Positions 13,744-27,596 of a DNA stretch of 64,000 nt are shown piece after piece (positions within the stretch are counted from its first letter, which is position 1; every line of letters begins with the position of its first letter). The position numbers were made by a program, and so were the translations under genes. The notes under the pieces are model-generated. The model made no database searches. It saw only the letters and a list, made by a program, of their open reading frames with translations, and was not told the DNA's origin. Source of the stretch: Octopus sinensis (taxonomy: Eukaryota); NCBI RefSeq assembly GCF_006345805.1, contig NC_043005.1:95604001-95668000 (forward strand), written 5' to 3'.

Positions 13744-16014
13744 CACACACACACACAACACTGAACTATATATTTAACTAATAAAATGGTAGTCTGATTA
13801 TTTCCACCTTTATTACAAGTTGATGAATTGGCCAAGTTGTTAGTGTTGATCAGAGTGTCTCATTTTGACTCACTGAGATGATCTGAGTTCAAATCCTACT
13901 GAGAAGGTCAACTTTGCCTTTTATCCTTTTAAGATGGATAAAAGCACTTGACTGATACCTACATGAGTTAACAGAAATTCAACTATGAGGCTGCTCAGCT
14001 TGCTAGAAATAGCACCCAAATATCTCTTTGAGCACATCATGCCATCTTATAAAAATATGCTGGAAAATGTGTTTTGGGGTTCCTAACAGAATTGTCATGG
14101 AGGAACAACTTTGATCATTGTATGTTCAGTCAGGGCTTTCTGGGGCTAAACAGCAGCAACAACAACAACTGAGGCATTTCTATAACAACTATAGGCAACC
14201 CTTTATGAGAAGTGAATCAAATGAGATATGGCTCATCGTCAGATGGGCTGCACTACGAAAAGAATTCAAAGTAATTTTTCATTAGGTATGTCATCTAGAA
14301 AGTTCCATGTTCTGCAGTTTGTCCATGACTGTTCTACAAGGTCACTCAGTTTGCTAGAAATAGCAACCAAATCTTCAAATCACTCCCTATTATAAAATAA
14401 AGAAAGACACACATGCATGTATATGTAAAGTGACATGAGGGTCACAGCTGAATACTTTTGGTTGTAAGTCTGCTCAACCAGGACTGATCTGTGGTAAATC
14501 AACTACTGGTATTGTGCTGTTTTAGAGACTTCCAAAGGCTGAGAGACAAAGTCAGTCCCCACTTTCCATGGGATTTGAACTCTGCACCTGTCATTTGGCC
14601 TAGCACTCTACCAATTCTGCCATCTCCTGCCTTCCCACAGTTAATAACCTTATTCTACACATTATGTGTAGAAAATTCACTGACAACAATTCACCAATGA
14701 GCAAGTGCCATTTTTAAAAAGACAAAAATATTGTGATTGTACTGAAAGTATAAAAAAGATTTGTCAAACTATGAGCTTTGTGAGTTTTTTGTTCTATATA
14801 TAAGAAGCTTAACTCATAATATTTTATTTTTAGAAATACTTTCAAACCTTTATCAGTGTTTTGTATTTTTACAATGAAGATTTTTAGTAATAAGTATTTA
14901 CTTTATAGATTTTTGTAACCATTTCCCACTCATATTTTGATTTTTCTCAGTTCAGTGAATTAGGTAAAAGTTTTTCTTATAAGGTCTATGGAAAAATGTG
15001 AGTGAAGTGTCACAGGTTTTTATTGTTTTAGCTAATTGTTTTGTTGTTGCTTTTGTTTTTAGCCCTAGCTTAATTATAATTTCCTTTTATGAAATCAGAC
15101 ATAGCAAATAACTCCCACATTAATTAATACATATTGAGGATGATGAGGATGTGTATTGTTAGAATCCTGAAAATGACGAACAAAAATGCTTTGCAATATT
15201 TAGTTACATCTGTTTGCATTCTGGATTCAAGTTTTGCCACAGTCGATTCGGTATATCTTTGAATTATTAATCGATGAATTACCAACAAGGAATTGAGATT
15301 CTAAAACCCGGGTAACACATAAAAAGCATTGATGTGGGTTCTGGTACCACATAAAAAATCACTGGTGCTAGTACCATGTAAAAAGCAGCAGTGATGGTGC
15401 CATGTGAAAAACACCCTGTAAAGTGTGTTGGTGCTAGGAAGGGCATCCAGCCATAGAATCCAAGCTAAAACATACTGCAGAACCTGGTGCAGGCCCCTGG
15501 CCTTGCCAGTTTCTGTCAAGTCATCCAACCCATGCCAGCATGGAAAATGATAACGATGAGCAAGTTTCTGTATGCCCCCCAAAAGAACAAACAGAGGCAT
15601 CTTTGGCCAATGTGTGGGACAATGTCTTCTGTATGAGGCAAGGGAAGAGTTATAAAATCATTTGCTTGATTTTTAGAACTGAAGGTGTCACGAGTGGGTG
15701 CATCACACTCCTATTCATGTACCGGTGCCGCAATATGCATGTTGATGCTTATTATCATTTATCCTCCACAAAAATCATGCTTGCATCACAACATTAAGAC
15801 AAACTAGGAAATCCACAGATCTTGAGCCACCCAACTCATCAGGAGTACCATAGTAAGTGTGCCTCTCTCCTCAGAGCTCCCCTGTCTACAGGCACCAGTG
15901 TAAAGTAGGCCCACACGCTCAAGCCATCCACACTGCATTCACCCACCTTTCAACAAATTTACTGGGGGATGGTGGGAGGGTAGCACATCCCTTGCAACCC
16001 TCGCCTTCCTTTTC

Positions 16015-16045
<31 letters not shown>

Positions 16046-16611
16046 ATAATAACAACAACAATAATAATAATTGGCATTGCCTGAATACTCTATCTTTAGC
16101 TGTTCAGTAAACTACTTTTAGAATAATGAATTTATACTCTCACCTCCTTCTCCCTCCCTATCTCCCTTTCTCTCCCTCTATCACCTCCTCTCTCTCTCTT
16201 CCTCTTTCTCATCTTTCAATTCAATCTCAAACTTCATTCTTCTAACTAAATATTTTCAGTTAGTTATTGATCTACCTGCTTAATAAATCATCTTCCAAAA
16301 GCATATCTAATTGGCATCTGTCAACTCCTGCAAGTTCTTCAAATTACAATCGTTCATCTCAGCCAATCAAAGACCATTTTTTTTTTATACAACTAACCAT
16401 TCTATAGCGCTTCTATTCAAAAGACAGCTTCTGTTTATTTTCTTAAATTCTTAGATCTCTTCTATACAGCTCACCTTATAATGCCAGTAATGTATAACTG
16501 CTTATATCGCATGACTTCTATAATGAGATGGTTTCATTTATCATCCACAATTTATTATCATTATTATTATTATTATTATCATTATTATTATTATTATTAT
16601 TATCATTATTA

Positions 16612-16676
<65 letters not shown>

Positions 16677-17028
16677 TTGCTTGTCCATTTTTTATTCCAG
16701 TGGAACTGACAACTTTATCCTAACTTTTGCATGCTCCAAGATCAATAATAATGTTGAATCAAAGAAATCCAATGGAAATTAGACCATTCATTCAAAATTC
16801 TTCTGTCCAGGCCTGCTGCCAATACTTTACAGAAGAGAACCAGTATATTACTACTGCATACGACTTTATTACCGGTTCTTACCAGTAGCATAATTACTGG
16901 TACTTAAATGTTCTGATAAAAACATCAGATTGGCAGTCATTGGGTATATGTTAAGAAAGTTTGCTTCCCATCCACATGGTTCTGGGTTCAGTCCCACTGT
17001 GTGGCACCTTGAGTAAATGTCTTCTATA

Positions 17029-17081
<53 letters not shown>

Positions 17082-18859
17082 ATAAAATTTTTCCAAAAAT
17101 TTTATCAATGACCAGCATATTAAAAATAACCTTCAGCAGTTAAATTTATAAACAATTTATAAATTGTATATACATATATTCTTTTACTTGTTTCAGTCAT
17201 TTAACTGCAGCCAACCATGTTGGAGCACTGCCTTATACATATATATATAGACATATATATATATATATATTTATACATGCACACACACACGCACACACAC
17301 ACACACAGGCACGCACACACACAGAAGTGTGTGTGTTTGTATTTGTCCTAAACTGCTGTTTGACAACTGGTGCTGGTTTGTTTGCATCCCCATAATTTAG
17401 TTGTTCAGCATAAGAGACTAGTAGAATAAGCCCTGGGGTCAATTTATTTAACAAAATAAAAAGCCTTTCAAGGAGGTGCCTCGACATGGCTTCAGTCCCA
17501 CGACTGAAATATATAAAAACAAAATATAAAAGATGGTATTTGTTCTGATTTTGTGTTCTGAGTTCAAATTCCATCAAGGTCAACTTTACCTTACAACTTT
17601 TTGGACTCTTAAAAAAAGCACTGATCCAGATCTATGGATTAGCAAAATTGTTACAGCATTGGAAGAGATGTCTTGCAATCTCTGTTCCATTTCTTTGTAT
17701 TCTGATAACAAGGCTTGCACCAACACTGGTGTCAAACTGTATCAGTTCTAGCACGTCTTTTACACAATCTCAGTGATGTGGTGAGGGAGATTTGCATGCA
17801 TGGGCAACTGCTAGGCTTTCACAAAACACTTTGCCCAGGCTTCAGCTTACCATATTTTCTTTAATACAAGTCAAATTTTTCAGTCCAAAATTTATATCCA
17901 AATACAGTAAGTATACACCAAGACAACTTTGTGAAATGCAGCAGGATTTAGAAAGACAGTGACAATGTTTGAATGTTTACACTACATACTTTGCCAACTT
18001 GTATGCAAGTGTAGATACATAGTCAATACCTATTTCTTTACTACCCACAAGGGGCTAAACACAGAGGGGACGGGACAAACAAGGACAGACAAATGGATTA
18101 AGTCAATTATATCAACCCCAGTGCATAACTGGTACTTAATTTATCAATTCCGCAAGGATGAAAGGCAAAGTCGACCTTGGCAGAATTTGAACTCAGAACA
18201 TAACGCTGGACAAAATATGGCTATGCATTTCACCCGGCGTGCTAACGTTTCTGCCAGCTCGGCACCTTGATACATAGTCAATACCTGACTGACGAATATC
18301 TTACCAGTGGCATGCATACATTCAATTGTTGGTAATATGGGGGCACCGTTATACTGAACCTGCTACTAATCCTGTTATAAGTATAAACAGTTTTAGAACA
18401 ATTAGAACATATCTTTGTCTGGCTCTTGGCGCTCTGAGTTCAAATCCTGCTGTAGTTCACTTTGCTCTTTATATTTTTCAGATCGATAAAGAAAAGTGCC
18501 AAATACTTTGTGGTGTCTTGTTTTGGCCATTTTATGTTCCAAGCTCAAATGTTGTTGAGCTCATCTTTCCCTTTCGTCTTTTCAGGATTGAGAAAAATAA
18601 ACTACCAGTCATGTACTGGACTCAAATAAAACAATTAATCCTCTTCTCTCAAAATTTATTGCATTGTATCAGTGTATGAAATTATTATTCTGTCCCTGTC
18701 AGTTCTTATCAAATAGATCTATCATGTAGTGATAGGGATCATTAAAGTGGTGGTGATCAAAATGTTCACACTGATAATGGTAGTGTTAGTGGCAGTAGCA
18801 GCAGTGGTTGTGGTGGTGATGGCAGTTGCTGTTGTTGTTGTGGTTGTGGTGGTTGTGAC

Positions 18860-19225
18860 TTTTTACCTCTGTCTTAGCGAAGGCAGAGGTATTGTTTTCG
18901 GTCACGTTTTTTTGTCCAAGGACAAGATATCTCAAGAACCGCTGGATGGATCCAGATAAAACTTTCAGGGATGTTTGGCCTCGTAACTGGCACAAACTGA
19001 TTAGATTTTGGGATCAGTCCAGTACCGGAAAAAAATTCTGGATTATTTTTCTGGTTTTTTAACTTAATTTTTGAGAGCAGTTGGGTTCATTTTTAATATT
19101 CTCATTTGTGAGAGCTGTCAAGTTTATTTCAGATATTCTCATTTTAAAAATTGCCTCCAGCTAATTCTTGAGAGGATGTTGGTGTTGCCTTGGTGGAGGC
19201 TTGCCGCCTCTGAGTGCTCTTGTTT
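18860..19225 (+). mobile_element. Helentron-associated non-autonomous element (HINE-like)
   Basis: 5' TTTTACCTCTGTC...GGCAGAGGT hairpin/subterminal repeat. 3' GGTGGAGG...CTCTGAGTGCTCTTGTT end in T-rich context. Confidence 0.55.
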
Positions 19226-19302
19226 TTGTAATGTTTTTATTTGAACAACTGTTATTTAAATCTTTATTATTTTCTTTTTGCTTTTTTTTTTTGTGATTAT
19301 AG

Positions 19303-19520
19303 AGTTTGGTCCATGTTCTGAAGAATCGTAAATGTTTGCAAGAACAAGAGGTACGTTACTACATCAGGCAACTGATCGATGGTGTGAAGTACATTCACAA
19401 GAACAAAATCATCCATAGAGATTTAAAACTTGGTAACATGTTTTTAAACAAAGACATGCAAGTAAAGATTGGAGATTTTGGTTTGGCAACTACCGTGAAC
19501 CATGAAGGGGAAAAGAAAAT
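19303..19520 (+). CDS. PLK: Polo-like kinase exon (catalytic loop [11 protein letters not shown] motif)
   Basis: [72 protein letters not shown](M). AG/GTAAGT boundaries, phase 0-2. Confidence 0.96.
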
Positions 19521-21474
19521 GTAAGTATTTGGAGCAACCATACAGAAGCATGCTTATTGTTGTTTAACCCTAGGCCAGCTATGACCAAAAGATCTATAAT
19601 TGAAAATGTTCTAGCCATGACCATCACACCTTTTTCAGACATTATAACTAGTTTTACATTATTCAATGTGTCTATTTGGGGAGAGGAAGATTTGGCTAAT
19701 GTTTCTTACATAAAGGTTCGTGAGTTAGTTTGTTGTTGTTGTTTTGTTTAGCACCAAGTCAGCCCTGATCTAGCAGACTGTTATCTACATCACAATGTGT
19801 GTGTGTGATGATGATGCTGGGTGAGGTGTAAACATACTTAGTAACATGACACATCATATGTACTTCACAGAAAGCAGACACCTTTCACAACCAGCTGGAT
19901 GAAATTATCTTTTGAGGACAGCCACTTTAAAGTGCTCGACTTAGAATTAACCTTATCAAGTATCATATGCCGGCTCCCTTCATGACTTCAGGTTTCTAGA
20001 GTGATTACTCTATAGAGAAATAGTTCATAGTAAGCATACCCAACACAAAAGCAAAAATGAGATTCCATGACATCACAAAACGACCTTAAGTCCTTGAGTA
20101 CTGTTACACAGAACAGAAGCAAACAGTCTATAATTTGGAATAATAACTTGCTGTTTGATAAAATTTGAATTGCCCATCAAATTGTGAAACATAAAGCCTA
20201 AAAACTACTGGGTATTGAAGTCCTGCTTGGTAAAAGGTTCTGAAATAATCTCTCTTGTGCAATCTCTGGTCACACTGCATTTTCTAAATCTGGACTTGTC
20301 ATCCATGAAAGGGTACATATTGGCAGACTAACATGGGGTACTTATTTACATAGACTTCAGTGGCACCACAGACTTAACATTTTATCTTAGTGAGGTATTT
20401 TTCTCTAATTTGCTCAACAAATATTTATATGTATTATGGAATTATTTGGGGCTACAATATTAGGAATAAACAGAATGGGCCACTTTCCAATTCATAATAT
20501 AAAGGAAATATGTGTGATTTTCCTTCATAGCTACAGAACTTTCTGTCTAAAGGTTCATCTAGCGTTGGCCTGAAAATCCGTTTTGGATAAATGCACAAGA
20601 GTAATGCCGCTGTTAATGGGATTCTTAACAAAGTTATGTACATCATCATTGTCATCATCGTTGTCGTCATCATTACCATCATAATCATCAACATTTAACA
20701 TCTGTTTTCCAAGCTGGCATGAGTTGGACAGCTTGATATGTGTATGCAAGGCCAGGTTCCATAGGCTGTTTTTGGCACCCACACCAATGCTTTTTTTTTT
20801 GTGTCACCTTGCTTTGAGGATCCCAATTCTGTTGTGGTTGGCAGATCTTCTTGAGTTCTACATTTGTCATAAAGACATTTAAAACAAACCCTGAGCCAGG
20901 TAGTCAGTAATCTGAGGGCCCGTGATAGAAATTATTCTCAAACTAAAGTGGTTATGCTTGATGTTGAGTTGACAAACACCATATATAATCCTGCCTTATA
21001 CCTACAAAATTAATTATATTATATTTACATTCTTGAGATAATTTTGTAACAAAAATAATGTAAACAAATTTTTAAAAAATAAATAGAAAAAAAGGAAGCA
21101 GTCAGAAAAGTTGCTCTATATTTTTTGTGTGTTGAGGTGTAAAAAAACTGCATAAAAATAGGACAAACTGAATTTGTCTTTTTTGTGAAGAAACACCTAA
21201 AATGGGTTAATTTACTAAGAGTTGATGTTCGTTGCTCAACCGTTAAGAACAATGTTCAACAATAAACATAACTGTAAATCGGTCATCTGGAAATTTTGGA
21301 CAGAACAAGGAGGTGGAGATGAAATGTAAGGTATGGTGTTATAAGACTAACAAATTTTTCTCTCTTCCTCGCTCTCTGCCCACTCCCTCCTCTTCTTCTA
21401 TGTCTGCCTCTGAGATATATAGTTATACATACACATACATGCACACACATACATATATATAATATATATATATA

Positions 21475-21895
21475 GGCGCAGGAGTGGCTGTGTGGTAAGT
21501 AGCTTGCTAACCAACCACATGGTTCTGGGTTCAGTCCCACTGCATGGCACCTTGGGCAAGTGTTTTCTACTATAGCCTCGGGCCGACCAAAGCCTTGTGA
21601 GTGGATTTGGTAGACGGAAACTGATAGAAGCCCGTTGTATATATGTATATATATATATGTGTGTGTGCGTGTATGTTTGTGTGTCTGTGTTTGTCCCCCT
21701 AGCATTGCATGACAACCAATGCTGGTGTGTTGATGTCCCCGTCACTTAGCGGTTCGGCAAAAGAGACCGATAGAATAAGTACTGGGCTTACAAAGAATAA
21801 GTCCCGGGGTCGATTTGCTCGACTAAAGGCGGTGCTCCAGCACGGCCGCAGTCAAATGACTGAAACACGTAAAAGAGTAAAAGAGTATAAAGAGT
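21475..21895 (+). mobile_element. Full-length tRNA-derived SINE (most abundant family in the window)
   Basis: GGCGCAGGAGTGGCTGTGTGGTAAG (A box), GGGTTCAGTCCC (B box), internal TA/TG microsatellite, GTAAAAGA-repeat tail. Other copies include ~63087-63454 (+), 5834-6230 (+), 23620-23990 (+), 59870-60255 (+) and 1500-1860 (-). Confidence 0.85.
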
Positions 21896-21953
21896 ATATA
21901 TATATACCTACACTCATGTGCACACACACAGATATATGATATATATATGTATG

Positions 21954-21987
<34 letters not shown>

Positions 21988-22398
21988 ATCATCATCATCA
22001 TCGTTTAACGTCCGCTTTCCATGCTGGCATGGGTTGGACGATTTGACTGAGGTTTGGCGAACCAGATGGCTGCACCAGACTCCAATCTGATCTGGCAGAG
22101 TTTCTACAGCTGGATGCCCTTCCTAATGCCAACCACTCCGAGAGTGTAGTGGATGCTTTTATGTGCCACTGGCACGAGTACCAGTCAGGTGGCACTGGCA
22201 GCGACCTCGCTCAAATGGTGCTTTTTATGTGCCACCTGCACAGGAGCCAGTCCAGCAGCACTGACAAAAACCTTGCTCGAATGTTTTCTTTCACGTGCCA
22301 TCAGCACAAGTGCTAGTAAGGCAACGCAGATATATATGTGTATCATTGGCAATTTTTTTCCCTCTGTCTTCCCTTCCTTGGACCTTCCCTTTTTCTAT

Positions 22399-22433
22399 GT
22401 TTCTGATGAAAAGCTCCGCTCGAAACGTTAAAT
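22399..22433 (+). ncRNA. Minimal hammerhead-like motif (Penelope pseudo-LTR type), slightly decayed
   Basis: GTTT-CTGATGA-A-AAGC-tcc-GCTC-GAAACGTT-AAAT. Palindromic AACGTT stem III, one stem II mismatch. Confidence 0.55.
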
Positions 22434-22518
22434 TCTCCTTCTTTCTTTCCTTCCCTGAGCATCCAATAACACTATACTTGTTCCACGTCCTCGCGTTGTT
22501 GTGTCTTCTCTTTGTCCA

Positions 22519-22576
<58 letters not shown>

Positions 22577-24129
22577 ATGTGTGTACATGTAAATATATAT
22601 ACACACACATGCATGTTTGCACACGCACACACACACGGATGGATATGTGTGTGCGTGTGTGTATGGAAAGTTAGATAATGAGGATTTGCAATGAATCATG
22701 AGGGTAAGAGAGAACTTAGTATATTTACATGTACATTTATATTCTTATGAAAATACCCCAGGAGTTACTCAAGATCCTTAAGTTTAAAAAGTGTTATATG
22801 AAACTTGAAAGCCTTGAGTAACTTCTGAAGTTTGCTGTACAGTCATGAGGTTGTAGCTTTGATCTCCTTACTTGGATCCATCTACCTAAGTTTATTAAGA
22901 AAAAACTTTAAGTGAGCTGCACTTTTAATTCTAACTATCAGACTTGTTATCTGCTGTGTTAGATTTATTCTTAAAATTACATTAACAGTAAGAAGCTTGC
23001 TTCCCAACCACCTAGTTCCAGGTTCAGTCCCACTGCATGGGTAAATGTCTTCTATAACCTTGGACTGACCAAAGTCTTGTGAGTGGATTTGGTAGGTGGA
23101 AACTGAAGGAAACCCATTGTATGTGTACATATATATATGTGTGTCTGTGTAACTGTGTTTGTCTTCTGCCAACACTTGACAATCGGTATCGGTGTGCTTA
23201 TATTCCCATAAGCAAAAGAGATCGATAGAATAAGTACCAGGTTGATTCACTTGACTAAAAAAAAGGTTCTTCAAGAATGCCCCAGCATGACTGAAACAAG
23301 AAAAAAGAATTTAACCCAGTTAAACTTTTCTTGCTTCCATATGCAAAATGTGTTTACTCTTGTAAACAGGACACGTGAGTATTATAAATATTGAATAACA
23401 ATCTCCTATTATTATCTTACTGATAACATGACATTAAAGATAGCAGAAGATAGAGAAGTAGGTCTCAGCATGTGGGATAGAAAATAGACTTAGCTTTACT
23501 CTTGATGAACTTGTCAATGGAAACCTGCTTCACAATAATCTTCACCCCATTCCACCACAATAACTTCAGTCTCTAGAAAAATCAAGATTTTTTTCTGATA
23601 GAGCTCTGAAAAAGTGTCCAGGTGCAGACATGGTTGTGTGGTTAAGATGTTTGCTGTGCAACCACAGGGTTTCAGGTTCAGTCCCACTGCATGGCAAGTG
23701 TCTTCAACTACAGTCCCAGTCCAACCAATGTCTTGTGAGTCAATTTAGTTTTTAAGAAACTGGTGGAAGCCCATCGTGTATGTGTGTATGTGTGTGTGTG
23801 TACGTGTGTTTGTTCCCAACCACTTGACAACTGGTTTTAGTTTGTTTATGTCCCTGTAACAGTGGTTCAGCAAAAAAGACTGACATGATAAGTACCAAAT
23901 TTTAAAACTAAGTACTTGAGTCACTTTGTTTGACTAAACCCTTTGAAGCAGTGCCCCAGCATGGCCACTGTCCAATGACTAAAAGAAAACGCCTTTATCA
24001 AATCTGATGAAAATCTTGTGTTTTATTAATACTGTAAAATACCTGTCCTTCTAACCAGAACAATGATTAAATGCCAACGCCCATATCGGTAAGATTTGCT
24101 GGAGTTGCTGCTGCTGTTTGTTGAGCGAA

Positions 24130-24474
24130 GCGGTCTTCGGCCTAGAAGTCCAAAACGTGGTCCTTAGCTATTCGTAAGACCCGCAGAAGAGAAAGCAGGT
24201 CAACCCCCGACACCGAGAGCATCAATGGATGGATGAATGCGCATCCAGGCTCAGCGGTTGCATAGGAAGTCGGGGACAAGAAACAGGAAGAAAGAGTGAG
24301 AGAAAGTTGGGCCGAAAGAGCACAACAGGGGTCGCCACCACCCCCTGCTGGAGCTTCGTGGAGCTTTAGGTGTTTTCGCTCAATAAACACACACAACACC
24401 CGGTCAGGGAATCGAAACCGCGATCCTCCGACCACGAGTCTGCTGCCCTAACCATTGGGCCATTGTGCCTCCAC
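24130..24474 (-). mobile_element. Young tRNA-derived SINE
   Basis: Minus-strand head GGAGGCACAATGGCCCAATGGTTAGGGCAG...GGTTTCGATTCCC (A and B boxes). CpGs retained, CAG/AAC-repeat tail. Confidence 0.75.
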
Positions 24475-24762
24475 TTGGTGTTGCTGCTGTTGTCTACCTC
24501 AGAAAAATAACATTTTCAGACATTTATCTTAGTCTTCATTTAAATAATCAAAATGGGATGTGAAATTCAATGTTGGCTGACATGTTTAGGGCACTCCATT
24601 TGATAAATTACATTCTTAGATTTGAGCATGCTGCTTACTCTCTGTCTCTTATAAAATATATTTAGTTATGAGTATGTCAACAATTGCTGTACATAACGTG
24701 TTCAATTATGACCCTAACGATACGTCATTCAAAATTATATAAATGATATATGTGTTACTGTT

Positions 24763-24972
24763 CTATATTTAAGAGATGAGGAATTATGTACATTATTTAC
24801 ATTCAACAGATATTTGTCCTCATCTTGTTTGTTGTTAACACGTTTCGGCTTAACCACCACGCCATATGCCCACGGGCATATGGGCATGGGCATAGTGGTT
24901 AAGAGCACAGCTATTAAACCCAAGATTCCGAGTTCAATTCCAAGCAGTGACCTGAATACTAACAACAACAAC

Positions 24973-25003
<31 letters not shown>

Positions 25004-25148
25004 TCAAAAAATACCTTAGGAATGAGAACCCAGGTTCGAAATTTTCCCAAGACACCTGAAGAAGGCTGGAGGGCATATCAGCCAAAACATGTTAACAACA
25101 AACAAGATGAGGACAAATATCCGTCAAATGTAAATACTGTAAATAATT
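24763..25148 (+). mobile_element. tRNA-headed element with decayed hammerhead motif, inverted 5' copy and 16-bp target-site duplication
   Basis: A box TAGTGGTTAAG (~24893), B box GAGTTCAATTCC (24930-24941), CTGAAGA-A-GGCTG...CAGCC-AAAAC. Inverted copy of the 3' part on the left. TATATGTGTTACTGTT at 24747-24762 and 25149-25164. Confidence 0.7.
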
Positions 25149-25749
25149 TATATGTGTTACTGTTGCTATCTCTAACCGCCTTCATATTAAAGAATTATTA
25201 ATTCTTCTACTCTCTCTATAGTAATATCTTTAGATAGCAGATATCGTTATAAGGCATAGTTTATTTCTTGTTTGTTTGTACATGTGTGTATGCATGTGTG
25301 TGTGTATGTGTGTGTGTCCATGTGTTTCATTTTGTCTTATTTGTTTTGCTTTTGCCTATTTATGTTGTAATATATTGGAATGACCTATCCTGTTTATCGC
25401 TGATTTTTCTAGCTCGACTGATAAATTCAAACACCACACTAATTATCAGTTATTCAATCATATTTCTTTGACACATCAAAGAAGAAGTAGTTACAATCCT
25501 AGGAAACTTAGAGACAATCTGGGTCAACACAAAAAACAGATGTTGGTAAAATAAATTGAGTTTCAGTGCCACAAGGAGGAAAAGGTCTTCGCCTGAAAGG
25601 TCAAGACTTTCATATCTTCACAGCACACAAACTATTTTTGATGGTCTGTGGCCTGAATTAAACAGAAATTATCTGAAGCAATCGCTAAAATTCTTAGACA
25701 CTAAGCAGTAATGGAAATGAGTGGATTAAAAGTCAATATGTCATCGTCG

Positions 25750-25789
<40 letters not shown>

Positions 25790-26501
25790 TATCATCATCA
25801 TCGTCGTCATCATCATCATCATAATCATCATCGTCATCATCATCATCATCACCATCGTCATTTAATGTCCCTTTTTCTGTTCTGGTGTGGGTTGGACAGT
25901 TTAACATGAACTAATAAGCCAGAGGGATGTATTGAGTTCCAATATCTGCTTTGGCATGGTTTCTACAGTTGGATGCCCTTCCTAACTCCAGCCAATTCAC
26001 AGAGTGTCCTGGGTACTTTTTCATGACACCAGCACTGGTGAATTCATCAAGTACCCCATCAAGAGAAGACCTCCCCCTCCCCCCCTAACACTTTAGTGAG
26101 TGGGGTACAGTATTGAGGTGTAAGAAAATATGATAGAGAAGCAGGAGCAGGTATCTTGCTGAAAAGGTGAATACATGGTTTGCTTATATGGAAGAGAGAG
26201 AGAGAGAGTGTGTGTGTGTGTGTGTGTGTGGAGAGGGAGGGAGATGTGAGGTCAAGATATGAGGTGAATATGAAAGACAGAATATAAAAGGGAGGCAGAA
26301 AAGGTGGATGTGTAGACAAGTGCATTAGAGTGAGAGGGACTTATAAACATGCTCCACGCTGAAATTATATAATATATATATTATATATATATAATATATA
26401 GATAGTATGTTATATGTATATATATATATATAAATATGTATGTATATGTATATATATACATATATATATATATATATAAATATGTATGTATGTATGTATT
26501 G

Positions 26502-26532
<31 letters not shown>

Positions 26533-26681
26533 TATATATATATATAATATATATTATATATATATATATAATATATATATAAATATGTATGTATATGTAT
26601 ATATATACATATATATATATATATATTATTTATATATATATATATATATATAATATATATAAATATGTATGTATGTATATG

Positions 26682-26749
<68 letters not shown>

Positions 26750-27159
26750 TGTATGTATATGTATATTATATATAATATAAATATACTAAGCAATAAGGGT
26801 TTAGCAACGAGTTGCCTTACCACATACCGAATTTAGAAATAGCAGTCAAAGGGTTATAGCTATTTCTTCTAAAAAAGAAGAAATAGCAAACCTTGGCTGC
26901 TATATTTCGTTGAAACGGTATGTGGGTAAGGAACTCGTTGCTAAACCCTAGCTACTTAATTTTTAAATTTCTCGAATGAGGCTTTTACATGCCGAAGACT
27001 ACTTGGTGTAATTGATATTTTTCCAAATTAATTAATTTCACCCTTCATTATTACGGATATATATAAATATATATATATATGTATATATATTGTATGTATA
27101 TATATGTATGTATATATATATGTATGTGTATTAAATATATGTATGTATATATATGTTAA

Positions 27160-27227
<68 letters not shown>

Positions 27228-27429
27228 TTTATGTATTTCATCATGTTGAACTACTGTTACTCCCAACACATTTTTTCCTCTCTCCATTGTTTTTCATTCC
27301 TTCTAATACTTTCTGTTGAAGAGGGCAGACTCAAAACATCAAAGACTTTTCCTGAGCATTGAACTAATACACCTGCTTGTTGTTCCCTCACTTGTCTTCA
27401 TCTTTTATTTTCTGTAAATTTGAACTATG

Positions 27430-27463
<34 letters not shown>

Positions 27464-27545
27464 GGTCCCGGGTTGACTCGGGGTTAACCACAGTAAATAA
27501 GGTACTCAATACATAGCAGAGTAAATTAATTTATTATATAGAAGG

Positions 27546-27596
27546 AACTTCTACAGGACTAGAACTGTTTCATTCAAAAGAAATCATCAGGAAGCT
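27546..27596 (-). ncRNA. Type I hammerhead ribozyme (U.U at the stem II closing pair)
   Basis: Minus strand AGCTTC-CTGATGA-T-TTC-tttt-GAA-T-GAAA-CAG-ttctagtc-CTG-TA-GAAGTT. GUA site. Confidence 0.75.

Noticed and set aside
15800-15850. Minus-strand CTGATGAG followed by a short stem (other isolated CTGATGA at 11772, 24006, 36030, 36124, 43454)
   Set aside because: No correctly placed GAAA, stem III or stem I.
19880-20630. Non-repetitive-looking stretch with possible decayed coding remnant on the minus strand (similar at 7030-7630)
   Set aside because: Multiple stops in all frames and no motif I can identify with confidence. It needs a translated search.
24390-24474. tRNA-like sequences (also at 24885, 21475, 783)
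   Set aside because: A and B boxes are present, but no complete cloverleaf with a paired acceptor stem, and each continues into a repeat body. They are SINE heads, not tRNA genes.
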